Positions 40,492 through 49,993 are shown, counted from the first letter of the stretch. The stretch is DNA of 64,000 nt from Smithella sp. (GCA_049523355.1 JBEKMY010000004.1:20797-84796); one strand, 5' to 3'. The notes: generated from the sequence alone by a model not told the origin. Made by a program: numbers and translations.

Positions 40492-41820
40492 TTATTTAAA
40501 TCGGGGCGACCACGTCGGCATTACTAAATTAGTACTATATTCAGTGAGTATTCTCGGATTGGAGCCGTTAGAATTCATAATAAAAATTTTACTTTTAGAG
40601 TTTTTTTGGGAAGCATAGACAATTTGTCTGCCTGATGGTGACCAGGATGGTGATTTGTTATTAGCGGCATCGAAAGTTAATTGGATGGGTGGAGTATTGC
40701 CGTCTGAATCAATGATAAATATTTGATATTTATCATTTGTTAATCCCTCGTATGCTACACGGTCACCATGCGGCGACCATGAAGGAGATGTGTTATAAGT
40801 TCCTTCATACGTTATCCTTTTTACATTATTACCATCGGAATCCATGATATAAATTTGCGGCGATCCTGCTCGGTTAGAAACAAAAATTATCCTTTTTCCA
40901 TCGGGCGACCAGGACGGAGAAACATCTATAAAATAGTTCTTTGTCAGACGCTTGAGTGTCAAGGTGTCAATTTCCAGGATATATATTTCTTCGTTGCCTT
41001 CCTTGCTAAGGGTCAATAATAGTTTCTTTCCATCAGGAGAAAACGATCCGCATAGATTAAGTCCTTCGAAAGAAGCCACTTTTTTTTCCGTTCCATTGAT
41101 TAAATTCCTGATATAAATTTCCGGGCGGCCGCCTTTAAAAGAGGTGAAAGCAAGAAATTTTCCATCGGGCGACCAGCGTGGCGCAATTATAATGGATTGA
41201 TGGTTTGTGACGCTTTTTAACTCCGAGCCATCATAGTTGATAGTTTGAATATCGGATTTGGGGCCTTTCTTGGACACAAAAGCGATTTTAGTGTTAAAGT
41301 CGCCTTCATCGTTCACCAGCGCCAGCATAATATCGGAAGCTATGGCCCGGGAAATTTCTTCTAATTTGTCCGCTTCAGCATGATATCTTTTATTAAAAAT
41401 GAGTTCTCCGCGGGTAACATCAAAAAGGGAACTGTCCGCTATTATTTCTTTATCATTTCGGGTTATGTTGCCTCGTAATAAATAATCCGCGCCGATTATT
41501 GTCCAATCGGGGAAACGAATTTTTTCGGCAGTCATAGCCGTGCTGGAATCTTTATCCTCTAAAAAGCTCTTCTTATTTAAGATATTGAATATTCCCGTCA
41601 AGGAAAGATCTTTTCTGATATCGTCCGAAACCGTAATGCCAACATCTACAGTTTTATTGGCGCTTGTTACTTTGTTGTTGAAGTCGCAAATCGCGATAGG
41701 AATTTGTTTGAATGTTGGGGAATCTATATCAATGTAAACCTTCGCTCCTGCTCTATTGCTGAAAATCGGCAAGGAGCAAAAAAACAAGATCAAAACAGGG
41801 ACTAAATATTTTTTTTTCAT
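40492..41820 (-). CDS. tolB: Tol-Pal system beta-propeller protein TolB
   Basis: A signal peptide, the TolB N-domain and repeated P.WSPDG propeller blades. Confidence 0.9.
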   Translation of the reverse strand: MKKKYLVPVLILFFCSLPIFSNRAGAKVYIDIDSPTFKQIPIAICDFNNKVTSANKTVDVGITVSDDIRKDLSLTGIFNILNKKSFLEDKDSSTAMTAEKIRFPDWTIIGADYLLRGNITRNDKEIIADSSLFDVTRGELIFNKRYHAEADKLEEISRAIASDIMLALVNDEGDFNTKIAFVSKKGPKSDIQTINYDGSELKSVTNHQSIIIAPRWSPDGKFLAFTSFKGGRPEIYIRNLINGTEKKVASFEGLNLCGSFSPDGKKLLLTLSKEGNEEIYILEIDTLTLKRLTKNYFIDVSPSWSPDGKRIIFVSNRAGSPQIYIMDSDGNNVKRITYEGTYNTSPSWSPHGDRVAYEGLTNDKYQIFIIDSDGNTPPIQLTFDAANNKSPSWSPSGRQIVYASQKNSKSKIFIMNSNGSNPRILTEYSTNLVMPTWSPRFK

Positions 41821-41870
41821 TAGAGCCGGGGACGCCTTTCTTCTAAATATTCTATTAACAATATTTTATA

Positions 41871-42593
41871 TCAGCGCAGTTCCGTAGAATTAAAACGGAT
41901 GCCGAGTTCAATGCTGTTTTCCATGACCCAGTGCGGCAATTGCATAAAAGGATTGGATTTTTTAACAGCCCGGAGAGCTGATTCATCAAAATAGCGGTTA
42001 CCGGACCGTTTTTCAAAATCTGCATATTCCAGTGCGCCGCTGCGCGAAATTTTAACATCAATAATAGTTGTAATATTTTTCTCCGGCATTAAAGTTTGGG
42101 GCATTGTCCAGTTTTGCTTAACTCTCGACCAGACAGCTGCAATATAATCATTTGTTTGCGCGTTGATTTCAGCATTTGATATTGCCGGCCTGCCTGAAGC
42201 AGATGCAGGTTCCGGTGTTTTCAATTGGGCAAATTCTTTTTTCCGGATGGCGCTGACAGCTTTTTCAATATTAAAATTATGTGTTTCCTGATTTTTTACG
42301 AGGGTGGTATAAATGCTGGTGATCTTCCTTTTTATAATTATGGATCGTGTTGCTTCGTTTGACTGCAGCATATCATTCAGCCCCGACGAATCATTGGCCG
42401 TCCCGACGGCCTCTGAGCCTACAAGCGAGACGGAGTATGCGGTTCCAAAAGTTAAATGCCGAGACGCTGTCGGGATCGAAACAAGTATGATGGTAATAAC
42501 AATCAAATGGATTATCGCAGAGAGGAAAATCAAGCTGTAGATGTTGCCGTTATTGCCGCGGTAGCCGTTGCTAAGAAGCGTCCGGGGTGTCAT
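41871..42593 (-). CDS. tolA: TolA-like / TonB C-terminal domain energy-transducer protein
   Basis: A single N-terminal TM segment, a linker and a TonB_C-like C-terminus. It sits between tolR and tolB and overlaps the tolR stop by 4 nt. Confidence 0.65.
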   Translation of the reverse strand: MTPRTLLSNGYRGNNGNIYSLIFLSAIIHLIVITIILVSIPTASRHLTFGTAYSVSLVGSEAVGTANDSSGLNDMLQSNEATRSIIIKRKITSIYTTLVKNQETHNFNIEKAVSAIRKKEFAQLKTPEPASASGRPAISNAEINAQTNDYIAAVWSRVKQNWTMPQTLMPEKNITTIIDVKISRSGALEYADFEKRSGNRYFDESALRAVKKSNPFMQLPHWVMENSIELGIRFNSTELR

Positions 42594-43012
42594 TTTGTTG
42601 CCTCGGGCGGTTCCGTAATCATTCCGAGTTTATCAACACCGGCTTTGCGTACTTCCGACATGACTTCAACAACAAATCCATAGGGGACGTTCTTATCGGC
42701 GCGCAGAAATATTTCACGATCTATTCTGTTGGAAAATATCGCTTCCAGTTTGGCATTTAATTCTCCCAGCGGCAGCTTTGTTTTGTTCAGGAAAATTTCT
42801 TTTGCTTCGCTGATAGTCAGGACAAGTTTTTCTTCGGTGACATCCACGCTTTTAGATTTGACCCGCGGCAGATTGACATCAATGCCCATGGAGAGCATGG
42901 GTGCTGTAACCATGAAGATAATAAGCAACACCAGCATAACGTCAACTAAAGGCGTAACGTTAATTTCTGCCATAGGTTTACTGGGATGAGTTTTTCTGCG
43001 TAAGCCGCGCAT
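42590..43012 (-). CDS. tolR: Biopolymer transport protein TolR (ExbD family)
   Basis: EINVTPLVDVMLVLLIIFM is typical of the ExbD/TolR family. Confidence 0.85.
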   Translation of the reverse strand: MRGLRRKTHPSKPMAEINVTPLVDVMLVLLIIFMVTAPMLSMGIDVNLPRVKSKSVDVTEEKLVLTISEAKEIFLNKTKLPLGELNAKLEAIFSNRIDREIFLRADKNVPYGFVVEVMSEVRKAGVDKLGMITEPPEATK

Positions 43013-43033
43013 AGTCGTTAAATTTCCCTACCC

Positions 43034-43756
43034 TTATTTACGAACCATATACCGTTCGACAATGTTTAAGAATTCAGCGGCAAAGTTTTCCATTTCCTGA
43101 ACCATATTTTTGGATTGGTTTAAGAAGTAATTATAAAAAATAACAGCCGGTATAGCCGCGGCAAGTCCGGCGGCGGTAGCAATAAGCGCTTCTGAAATAC
43201 CGGGAGCGACAACGGCGAGAGTTGCCGAACCGCGAGCACCGATTCCTTTGAAAGTGTCCATGATGCCCCAAACCGTGCCGAATAAACCGATGAAAGGACT
43301 GGCCGAACCGGTTGTTGCCAGAAAACCCAGGGCGCTTTCGAGCTTGGTCATCTCCGTATTGCTGGCCTTGTTCATGGAACGTTCCAGATTGTCCAGAGAG
43401 GAAAGACTAATTTCGTCGTTTCCCTGCACAGCTTGATGCTCCTGTTTGTTTATTTTTGTCAATTCCGTGTAGCCGACACGAAAAACTTCAGCAGTGGTGG
43501 AATAAGAATATTTTTTTGCCGCAGGCATCACTTCGGAAAGCTTACTACTGCGCAGATAATCAGCGTTGAAAACATCATTTTCCTTTTTAATCTTGCGATA
43601 ATAACTGTATTTCAGAAAAATAATCGCCCAGGAAACAACAGAAAAAATAAAGAGCACCAGCAAAACAAATTTAACCACCACTCCGGCGTCCAGTACCATG
43701 CTTAAAAGACTACCGTTAAAACTGCCACTTAAATCTAAAGAGCCAATGTCTTTCAC
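43034..43756 (-). CDS. tolQ: Tol-Pal system protein TolQ (MotA/ExbB family)
   Basis: Three TM segments and the GLFGTVWGIM motif. The start codon is GTG. Confidence 0.85.
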   Translation of the reverse strand: MKDIGSLDLSGSFNGSLLSMVLDAGVVVKFVLLVLFIFSVVSWAIIFLKYSYYRKIKKENDVFNADYLRSSKLSEVMPAAKKYSYSTTAEVFRVGYTELTKINKQEHQAVQGNDEISLSSLDNLERSMNKASNTEMTKLESALGFLATTGSASPFIGLFGTVWGIMDTFKGIGARGSATLAVVAPGISEALIATAAGLAAAIPAVIFYNYFLNQSKNMVQEMENFAAEFLNIVERYMVRK

Positions 43757-44030
43757 TTTTCTATCTCCAAAAGGGAATTAAATTTGTAGCGTAAACTAAA
43801 GGAAAAAAGCGGCCTTGTCAATATATCTTTTAGCTAAAAAAATTATTGACTTTATTGATGTCTGTAAACATGGATGCGGGGCAAGCGATCAAAAAAATCC
43901 CCTCGTGAAGGCAATCACTTTATCAATAATATTTTTATCCGTGATAATCATAACCAAACAGTCAATTTTCAGAGTGATATCTATTAATAAATGAAAATTT
44001 TATAATCAGTTTTACGGCTCTTTTGAGGGA

Positions 44031-44059
44031 TTGACAATTTTAATCTTACAGGTTAACAT
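44031..44059 (+). promoter_or_regulatory. Sigma70-type promoter candidate for the 44212 gene
   Basis: TTGACA (44031-44036), a 17-nt spacer, then TAACAT (44054-44059). This would give an approximately 150-nt leader. Confidence 0.4.
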
Positions 44060-44211
44060 TAAATTCTAAAATTAATTTTATCCAGTATGTTGTCGTAAAG
44101 CACCTTCGTCAGACTCTTGCTGGATGCCTTGATGATATCCATTCATTTTTTAAGGCAGGTTAAAAACAATACGATTATTTTAGCTTAATTTTAAACGACA
44201 GGGGATTAAGC

Positions 44212-45735
44212 ATGAATATAGGGAGAATTTCAACTCCGGTTTTATTAAGTTTTCTTATCATCATGTTTATGACGGTTATTGGTTGTGACAAAAAGTCGGC
44301 AACCTCCGTTATCTCCGGAACGGTATCAGGGGATTTGAAAGCAGGTATAACGATTAACCTGACAGGCGCCGCAACAGCTTCTACAACGACCGATTCAAAC
44401 GGAAACTTTAGCTTTACGAATCAGGAAAACGGAAACTACACAGTAACGCCCTACCTTGATGGCTATACGTTTAGTCCGACCAGTAAGGCCGTTGCTGTCA
44501 GCGGAGCCAGTGTCACGGGAATCGACTTTACATCAACACACTCTGGTTACGGTATTTCCGGGACGGTCACCGGTGCTATAGCAGCTAATGTTACACTCAC
44601 ATTGGACGATCTCAATTTAACTACAACCACAACAGACTCTAATGGGAACTATACTCTCAGAAGTACTGATATTGGTAACAACACATATATCGTAAAACCC
44701 TATCTTGCCGGCTATAAGTTTAACCCCTACACTCAATCTGTACCTGTGGGTAACGCGAGTGTTACGGGTATAGATTTCGTGTCTTCTTCTGCCTACACAA
44801 CAGCGGGTTCCGCAGCAGGTACTTATACATGGGATCCAACGATGTCGGGTGGTGAGCTAACATTAACATGGACATCGAAAACAGCTCCCTGTAACTGGCC
44901 GCAAGCAGGCACGGATGCTGAATCGTTTGTGACTATAACAAACACCACCATGACATGGCCAAATACAATTACATGGTCGGATGGGATTGCATGGCTGGGT
45001 ATGATGATATGGACGAGGACAAGTGGGACAGCAAACGATCCCGCAGGCGTGTGGACGGCATATGATCAATCAGGAAATAAATATACGGCTACATTTACGG
45101 CTACAGACGCTACCAGCGGTTCAATTTCGCTGGTCGAGAATATTGTTGCCTGCGCCTATGTGTGGTCAGAGGTTCTTCCTTCCGGCGATTATCAAGTCTC
45201 GCTGAGTTATCAGGATCCGCAACACGAAGCAACTTCTGTAAGTGTAACGGGTCCGGGTATATCGGGTTCGCAGACTCTTAAGTATTATGACAATGCGGGT
45301 GCGGGTGAATGGAATATTAGTGGGACGGTTCCTGGGGGTGTTATAGACATCTCCACATTCTTGCAGACGCCGCCCTATACCTACACGTTTACTGTAATAA
45401 TAAGTGATCCGGACAACAAGTGGGATGAGACATCTTGCTTTGTGGATTGGCCTACAGACCTCTCTACTCCTGCATGGAAGGCCCTGACAAAGACTCTGAC
45501 CTTCTCTTGGACCGGTGTCACTGATGCGTCAGGTTATGTGGTGCAACTAAAGGACAGTAGTTACAATCTGATATGGGAATCACCTGAAACATCGGCCAAT
45601 TCTATTGTTTATAGCGGTGCTGCTGTTCTTACACCAGGAGCTACCTATTATTACTATGTACAAGTAAGAGGCACCAGTTACTGCGCTAATGGTACCTCTT
45701 ATCAAGAGAAATCTTTTGTTTTTGACGCCCCCTGA
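44212..45735 (+). CDS. Secreted lipoprotein with two carboxypeptidase-regulatory-like (Ig-like beta-sandwich) repeats, a Trp/Thr-rich central region and an FN3-like C-terminal module
   Basis: A lipobox (MTVIGC). There are two approximately 78-aa repeats of the form ISGTV.G....TL....TTTTDSNGNY.....NY.V.PYL.GY.F.P......V....VTGIDF. The C-terminus is LTFSWTGVTDASGYVVQL...YYYYVQV. Confidence 0.6.
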   Translation: MNIGRISTPVLLSFLIIMFMTVIGCDKKSATSVISGTVSGDLKAGITINLTGAATASTTTDSNGNFSFTNQENGNYTVTPYLDGYTFSPTSKAVAVSGASVTGIDFTSTHSGYGISGTVTGAIAANVTLTLDDLNLTTTTTDSNGNYTLRSTDIGNNTYIVKPYLAGYKFNPYTQSVPVGNASVTGIDFVSSSAYTTAGSAAGTYTWDPTMSGGELTLTWTSKTAPCNWPQAGTDAESFVTITNTTMTWPNTITWSDGIAWLGMMIWTRTSGTANDPAGVWTAYDQSGNKYTATFTATDATSGSISLVENIVACAYVWSEVLPSGDYQVSLSYQDPQHEATSVSVTGPGISGSQTLKYYDNAGAGEWNISGTVPGGVIDISTFLQTPPYTYTFTVIISDPDNKWDETSCFVDWPTDLSTPAWKALTKTLTFSWTGVTDASGYVVQLKDSSYNLIWESPETSANSIVYSGAAVLTPGATYYYYVQVRGTSYCANGTSYQEKSFVFDAP

Positions 45736-45771
45736 GACAGTCGGAGACGGCCTGAGACGGAGAGAGAGAAG

Positions 45772-45812
45772 ATTAAGAATGCTTCTTTCCACCCACCGGG
45801 GGCATTCTTAAT
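45772..45812 (+). terminator. Hairpin downstream of the 44212 gene (possible terminator)
   Basis: An 11-bp perfect stem ATTAAGAATGC/GCATTCTTAAT with a 19-nt loop, followed by TTTC. The large loop and short T-run make it atypical. Confidence 0.35.
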
Positions 45813-45842
45813 TTCATGCCAGATATCCGCATCTGCTCATAT

Positions 45843-45895
45843 GATTGAGTAGTGATGCGGTGAACAAAGATAGCGCTTTGATTTAAAATTGGAGT
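45843..45895. repeat. Half copy (right end) of repeat subfamily B
   Basis: AACAAAGATAGCGCTTTGATTTAAAATTGGAG matches the right end of B2 (AACAAAGATAACGCTTTGATTTAGGAATGGAAG). No left half is present. Confidence 0.7.
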
Positions 45896-45901
45896 CGTTT
45901 T

Positions 45902-46840
45902 TCAGAGGGTTTCCGGCGTAAAGGCGACCACATCATCTATCTTTTCTTTGCCTGCAAAGATCATAACCAGCCGGTCAATACCCAGAGCAATGCCGGCGCA
46001 TGGCGGCAGGGCATCAAGTGAAAGGAGGAATTTTTCCGGCATGGTGTAGCGCGCCAGGTTTTTCGAGGCGCGTGTTCTCAAAGCCTCTTCAAAGCGTTGT
46101 TTCTGTTCACGCGCGTCGATCAATTCCGAAAAACCATTGGCTATTTCCAGCCCGGCTATATAAAGCTCAAATCGTTCGCTGATGGCCGGATTATTTTCTT
46201 TTAATCTGGCCAGGGATGCAAGCCCTGCCGGATAGTCATAAAGAAATACCGGCCTGTTTATGCCCAGATGGGGTTCTATGTAATCAACTAATATTTCATC
46301 AAATTTATTTTGAGCCAGCGCTTCTTCCAAAGTAACAGGCGCGTATTTTAAAAAGGCGTTCGCGACGGAGATTCTCTCCCAGGGTAGGGCCAGATTTATT
46401 TTTTTACTTTGCCAAATCAATTCCCGGACAATACCCATATCCCCGGCTAAAGACTTAATCAACTCCTGGCATTGATCCATTAATTGATGGTAGTCATATT
46501 GCGCGACATACCATTCCAGGATGGTGAATTCCGGCAGGTGCTTATCGCCTCTTTCATCGGCGCGGAAACATTTACTGATTTGAAAAATGCGATTATAACC
46601 CGCGGCCAGCAGCTGTTTCATGCACATTTCAGGTGATGTCTGTAAAAACCAGTTTCCCGAAGGCAACGCTTCAATATTTTCTTCCGGCGCGGGCGATGGG
46701 ATTCTCAGAGGAGTTTCTACTTCCAAAAATCCATAACGGGTAAAAAAGAGACGAATGTTTTGAATTAGTCTGGCGCGCGCCTGCAGAGTCTGCGACTTGC
46801 GTGCCAGATAAAAAAGATCGTCTTGATGAAATTCACTCAT
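45902..46840 (-). CDS. epmA: Elongation factor P--(R)-beta-lysine ligase EpmA (PoxA/GenX)
   Basis: A class II LysRS-like core (FLEVETP, FRADERGDKHLPEFTILEWY, GIALGIDRL). The track start at 46921 is a TTG lying inside repeat A5, so the ATG at 46840 is used. Confidence 0.85.
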   Translation of the reverse strand: MSEFHQDDLFYLARKSQTLQARARLIQNIRLFFTRYGFLEVETPLRIPSPAPEENIEALPSGNWFLQTSPEMCMKQLLAAGYNRIFQISKCFRADERGDKHLPEFTILEWYVAQYDYHQLMDQCQELIKSLAGDMGIVRELIWQSKKINLALPWERISVANAFLKYAPVTLEEALAQNKFDEILVDYIEPHLGINRPVFLYDYPAGLASLARLKENNPAISERFELYIAGLEIANGFSELIDAREQKQRFEEALRTRASKNLARYTMPEKFLLSLDALPPCAGIALGIDRLVMIFAGKEKIDDVVAFTPETL

Positions 46841-46851
46841 ATTTTTATACA

Positions 46852-46988
46852 GTTTCTCAAAATGTTTCAGGGGCAAGGCGTGCGAAGTATAAGGAGTTGG
46901 GTCAATCACCGTTGATCGCAATCAGTCTGTCTGGGCCAGCGCCGGGGCAAACTGAAACGTAAAGCAGCACATGAGCATTTTGGGAAAC
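46852..46988. repeat. Imperfect-palindromic intergenic repeat, subfamily A, copy A5 (about 137 bp, same orientation as A3)
   Basis: The arms are GTTTCTCAAAATG and CATTTTGGGAAAC. The left half AAAATGTTTCAGGGGCAAGGCGTGCGAAGTATAAGGAGT and the right half CTGAAACGTAAAGCAGCACATGAGCATTTTGGG align with A3. Confidence 0.85.
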
Positions 46989-46990
46989 TT

Positions 46991-47557
46991 TCAACCTTTA
47001 ACTCTGGTCAGGTATTCTCCCGTGCGAGTGTCTATCCTGATTTTTTCACCTTCGGTAACAAAGGTTGGCACCAGAATCGTATAGCCGGTTTGCACTTTAA
47101 CGGGTTTTGTTGAGCCGGCGGCGGTATCTCCTTTAGCCCACGGTTCGGCTTCCGTCACGATCAGTTCGACAAAATTAGGCAGGCTTATGCCGATAGGGTT
47201 GTCCTCAAAAAGAAGAATTTCCACTTCAATGTTGTCGATCAGGAAATTCACGGCATCACCGACTTGAGCTTCAGTTAAATATATCTGCTCGTAGTTTTCA
47301 TTGTCCATGAAGCAGTATTTATCCCCTTCTTTGTAGAGATACTGCATTTTCTTTTCACGCAAATCAGCGGTTTCAAAAGTATCAACTGAACGGAATGACC
47401 GCTCAAACTGGCTGCCGGTAACCATATTTTTAAGCTTCGTGCGATATAGAGCCTGTCCCTTGCCCGGTTTGACAAAATTGAATTCAGTGATAACATACGG
47501 TTCGTTATCAATTTTCAGCCTTATTCCTTTTCTTAACTCACTGGCTGGTATTATCAT
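46991..47557 (-). CDS. efp: Translation elongation factor P
   Basis: A 188-aa protein. The KPGKGQA loop contains the conserved modifiable lysine. Confidence 0.95.
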   Translation of the reverse strand: MIIPASELRKGIRLKIDNEPYVITEFNFVKPGKGQALYRTKLKNMVTGSQFERSFRSVDTFETADLREKKMQYLYKEGDKYCFMDNENYEQIYLTEAQVGDAVNFLIDNIEVEILLFEDNPIGISLPNFVELIVTEAEPWAKGDTAAGSTKPVKVQTGYTILVPTFVTEGEKIRIDTRTGEYLTRVKG

Positions 47558-47625
47558 AAAAATATCTCCTTACTTGGTTAATGTAACAAAATTGAGTGTT
47601 TTGCTCTTCGGTTTCTCTATTCTAT

Positions 47626-48717
47626 TTATGTGAACTTGTCAAAAAAATGTTGATGTTTTTTTAAATCATTTTTTATTGCGCCAGACATCACATTTAAAGG
47701 TATCTTGCCCGAGCTTCCGGGTACATCCAGAACATATTGCGGCAGGCAAAGTCCTGAACATTGCTGCCATATTGTTTCCATCAGGGCAATGCTCGCTTGC
47801 GCATCAGTGCGAAAGTGTGCACAGCCCTTAGCCGGATCGCAGTGGAAAAGATAATACGGACGGACAGATATCTTTTGCAGACCGTAGAGTAAGGTTCTCA
47901 TTACCTCCGGAGAATTATTAACGTTTTTCAGTAAAACCGATTGGTTGGAGACGGGAATGCCCGCTTCCTGCAGCATATTACAGGCGCGCCTGGATTCGGG
48001 CGTGATTTCTGCGGGGTGATTAAATTGAGTGTTAAACCATAAAGGCCGGTAGCGTTTGAGTATTCTACAAAGTTCTGGGGTAATACGCATAGGCATAACA
48101 ACAGGAATGCGGCTGCCAACACGCAAAACTTCAATATGCGGAATGGCTCGCAATGAAGACAAGAGATTTTCTAAAATATGATCATCGAAAATCAGTGGAT
48201 CACCGCCGGAAATAATCACTTCCCTGATTTGCGGCGATTGGGCAAGATAGTGAATCATTTTCTGAAATAGTGTTTTTAAACTTATATGATTAGGCTTTGA
48301 CCAGAGACGCTTGCGGTTACAGTGTCGGCAGTAAGTAGCGCAGGTTTCAGTAACAATGAGCAGACAGCGATCCGGGTAGCGATGCACCAGCTTGGGTACC
48401 GGCATGTGGGAATCTTCTTCCAGGGGATCTTGTGTCGCCGTTTCCGGACAGGAGATTTCCTGCAAATCGGGAACACATTGAGAGAGGATCGGATCGTTAA
48501 TATTATTATTTTGCATGAGCGATAAATAATAAGGAGTTATCGCCAGAGGATAAACAGATATTACTTCTTTTAACTTATCCTTATATAAATCCGTTTTTCC
48601 AAGAATATGTTCCAGTGTTTTTATTCGGGTCACCCGGTTTTTAAATTGCCAGCGCCAGTCCTGCCAATCTTTTGCCGAAGTATTGTTAAAATAGGAAAGA
48701 AATTTATTTTTATTCAT
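47626..48717 (-). CDS. epmB: EF-P beta-lysylation protein EpmB (lysine 2,3-aminomutase family, radical SAM)
   Basis: The CATYCRHCNRK radical-SAM cluster motif, KamA-family similarity, and adjacency to efp and epmA. Confidence 0.85.
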   Translation of the reverse strand: MNKNKFLSYFNNTSAKDWQDWRWQFKNRVTRIKTLEHILGKTDLYKDKLKEVISVYPLAITPYYLSLMQNNNINDPILSQCVPDLQEISCPETATQDPLEEDSHMPVPKLVHRYPDRCLLIVTETCATYCRHCNRKRLWSKPNHISLKTLFQKMIHYLAQSPQIREVIISGGDPLIFDDHILENLLSSLRAIPHIEVLRVGSRIPVVMPMRITPELCRILKRYRPLWFNTQFNHPAEITPESRRACNMLQEAGIPVSNQSVLLKNVNNSPEVMRTLLYGLQKISVRPYYLFHCDPAKGCAHFRTDAQASIALMETIWQQCSGLCLPQYVLDVPGSSGKIPLNVMSGAIKNDLKKHQHFFDKFT

Positions 48718-48893
48718 ATATTTAATTATTTACAAACAAAATCAAGATGTGTTTCCTACCACAAATTTCTCTGATTGCAAAGGGAATCAATAATCTTTAA
48801 AGAGTTTAAATAATGTAATGTCTATGATATATAAACAAACCATATCGAATGTAAGTTGCTATCTTGCAGGTGATAATTGCCGGTAAGGTGAAA

Positions 48894-49035
48894 ACTTGAT
48901 TTGTTACGCGCTTACGATCGTTGGCTGACTTTGTCGGTTGCGTCGTCGGTTCCTCGACGTATCAGTAGTGTGCCTTCGGAGCCTCCTGGTTACCGAGGCT
49001 GAGCCTTTGCGACATGGTATAAAAAAATAAACAAG
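48894..49035. repeat. Diverged member of repeat subfamily B (copy B3)
   Basis: The core TTGTCGGTTGCGTCGTCGGTTCCTCGACGTAT...GCCTTCGGAGCCTCC parallels B1 (TTGTCGGCTTCCTCAGACGTAT...GCCTTGTCGCCTCC). The termini are different (CTTGATTTGTTA / TAAACAAG). The boundaries are approximate. Confidence 0.6.
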
Positions 49036-49052
49036 AACTTTGGAGAGCTGAA

Positions 49053-49943
49053 GTGACGAATATGCAGCAGCGCAAAGAAAGAGTGGCAATGTTATCAGTT
49101 TCTTCCAATTCTTTTTTGGTTTTATTCAAAATCATTGTCGGTATTCTCACCGGGTCTGTTTCGATAATATCGGAAGCGATTCATTCGGGAATGGATTTGC
49201 TGGCGGCAGTTATTGCCATGTTTTGTGTAAAAACATCAAACGTTCCTGCTGATGACCGTCATCCATTCGGCCACGGGAAAATAGAAAATATATCCGGTTT
49301 TGTGGAAGCTTTGCTTATTTTTATCGGGGCGTTCTGGATCTTATTTGAAGCTTTGCAGAAATTACTTTCCTCACAAGTCATAGAAAACGCCGGTTGGGGC
49401 GTTATGGTCATGTTATTTTCCTCAGTTGTTAATTACATGGTTTCGCGAAAGCTTTTCGAGATAGGCAAAGAAACTGAATCCATTGCCCTGCAGGCTGACG
49501 CCTGGCATTTGCGCACGGATGTTTATACTTCGGCTGGTGTTATGGCAGGTCTTGGAATAATCTGGATTGGACATGAGTTTTTTCCCGCACACAACATTAA
49601 TTGGATTGATCCCGTTGCCGCCATGGTTGTCGCCTCTCTTATTTTGCGCGCCGCTTATCATCTGACTGTTAATTCTATCCGCGACTTGATAGATGCTAAA
49701 CTGCCGCCGGAAGAAGAGGATTATATCCGCGATATAATCAATGATCAACCGGCAATTAATGGCTTCCACCAATTGCGGACGCGCAAAGCAGGTAATGTTC
49801 GTTTTATAGAATTTCATATTACAGTCGCCAAACAAATGACTGTGCTTGATTCTCATAATATTACAAAAATATTGGAACAGAATATCAAAAAAAAATTTCC
49901 CGCAAGCTACATTACCATTCACATCGAACCCTGTGAAGGCTAA
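49053..49943 (+). CDS. Cation diffusion facilitator (CDF) family metal efflux transporter
   Basis: Six TM segments with HSGMDLLA and HLRTD motifs plus a C-terminal cytoplasmic domain. The start is a GTG after the SD GGAGAG. Confidence 0.85.
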   Translation: MTNMQQRKERVAMLSVSSNSFLVLFKIIVGILTGSVSIISEAIHSGMDLLAAVIAMFCVKTSNVPADDRHPFGHGKIENISGFVEALLIFIGAFWILFEALQKLLSSQVIENAGWGVMVMLFSSVVNYMVSRKLFEIGKETESIALQADAWHLRTDVYTSAGVMAGLGIIWIGHEFFPAHNINWIDPVAAMVVASLILRAAYHLTVNSIRDLIDAKLPPEEEDYIRDIINDQPAINGFHQLRTRKAGNVRFIEFHITVAKQMTVLDSHNITKILEQNIKKKFPASYITIHIEPCEG

Positions 49944-49993
49944 TATCCGGATATTTGTGCGGCTGATATGTATTTTTCTTTTAAATTTATTTG

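Noticed and set aside
44093-44150. A possible further decayed fragment of repeat subfamily A in the leader of the 44212 gene. TATGTTGTCGTAAAGCACC resembles the A2 left arm GATGACACCGTAAAGCACC.
   Set aside because: Only one arm-like 19-mer matches (14/19) and there are no core blocks, so it could be chance.
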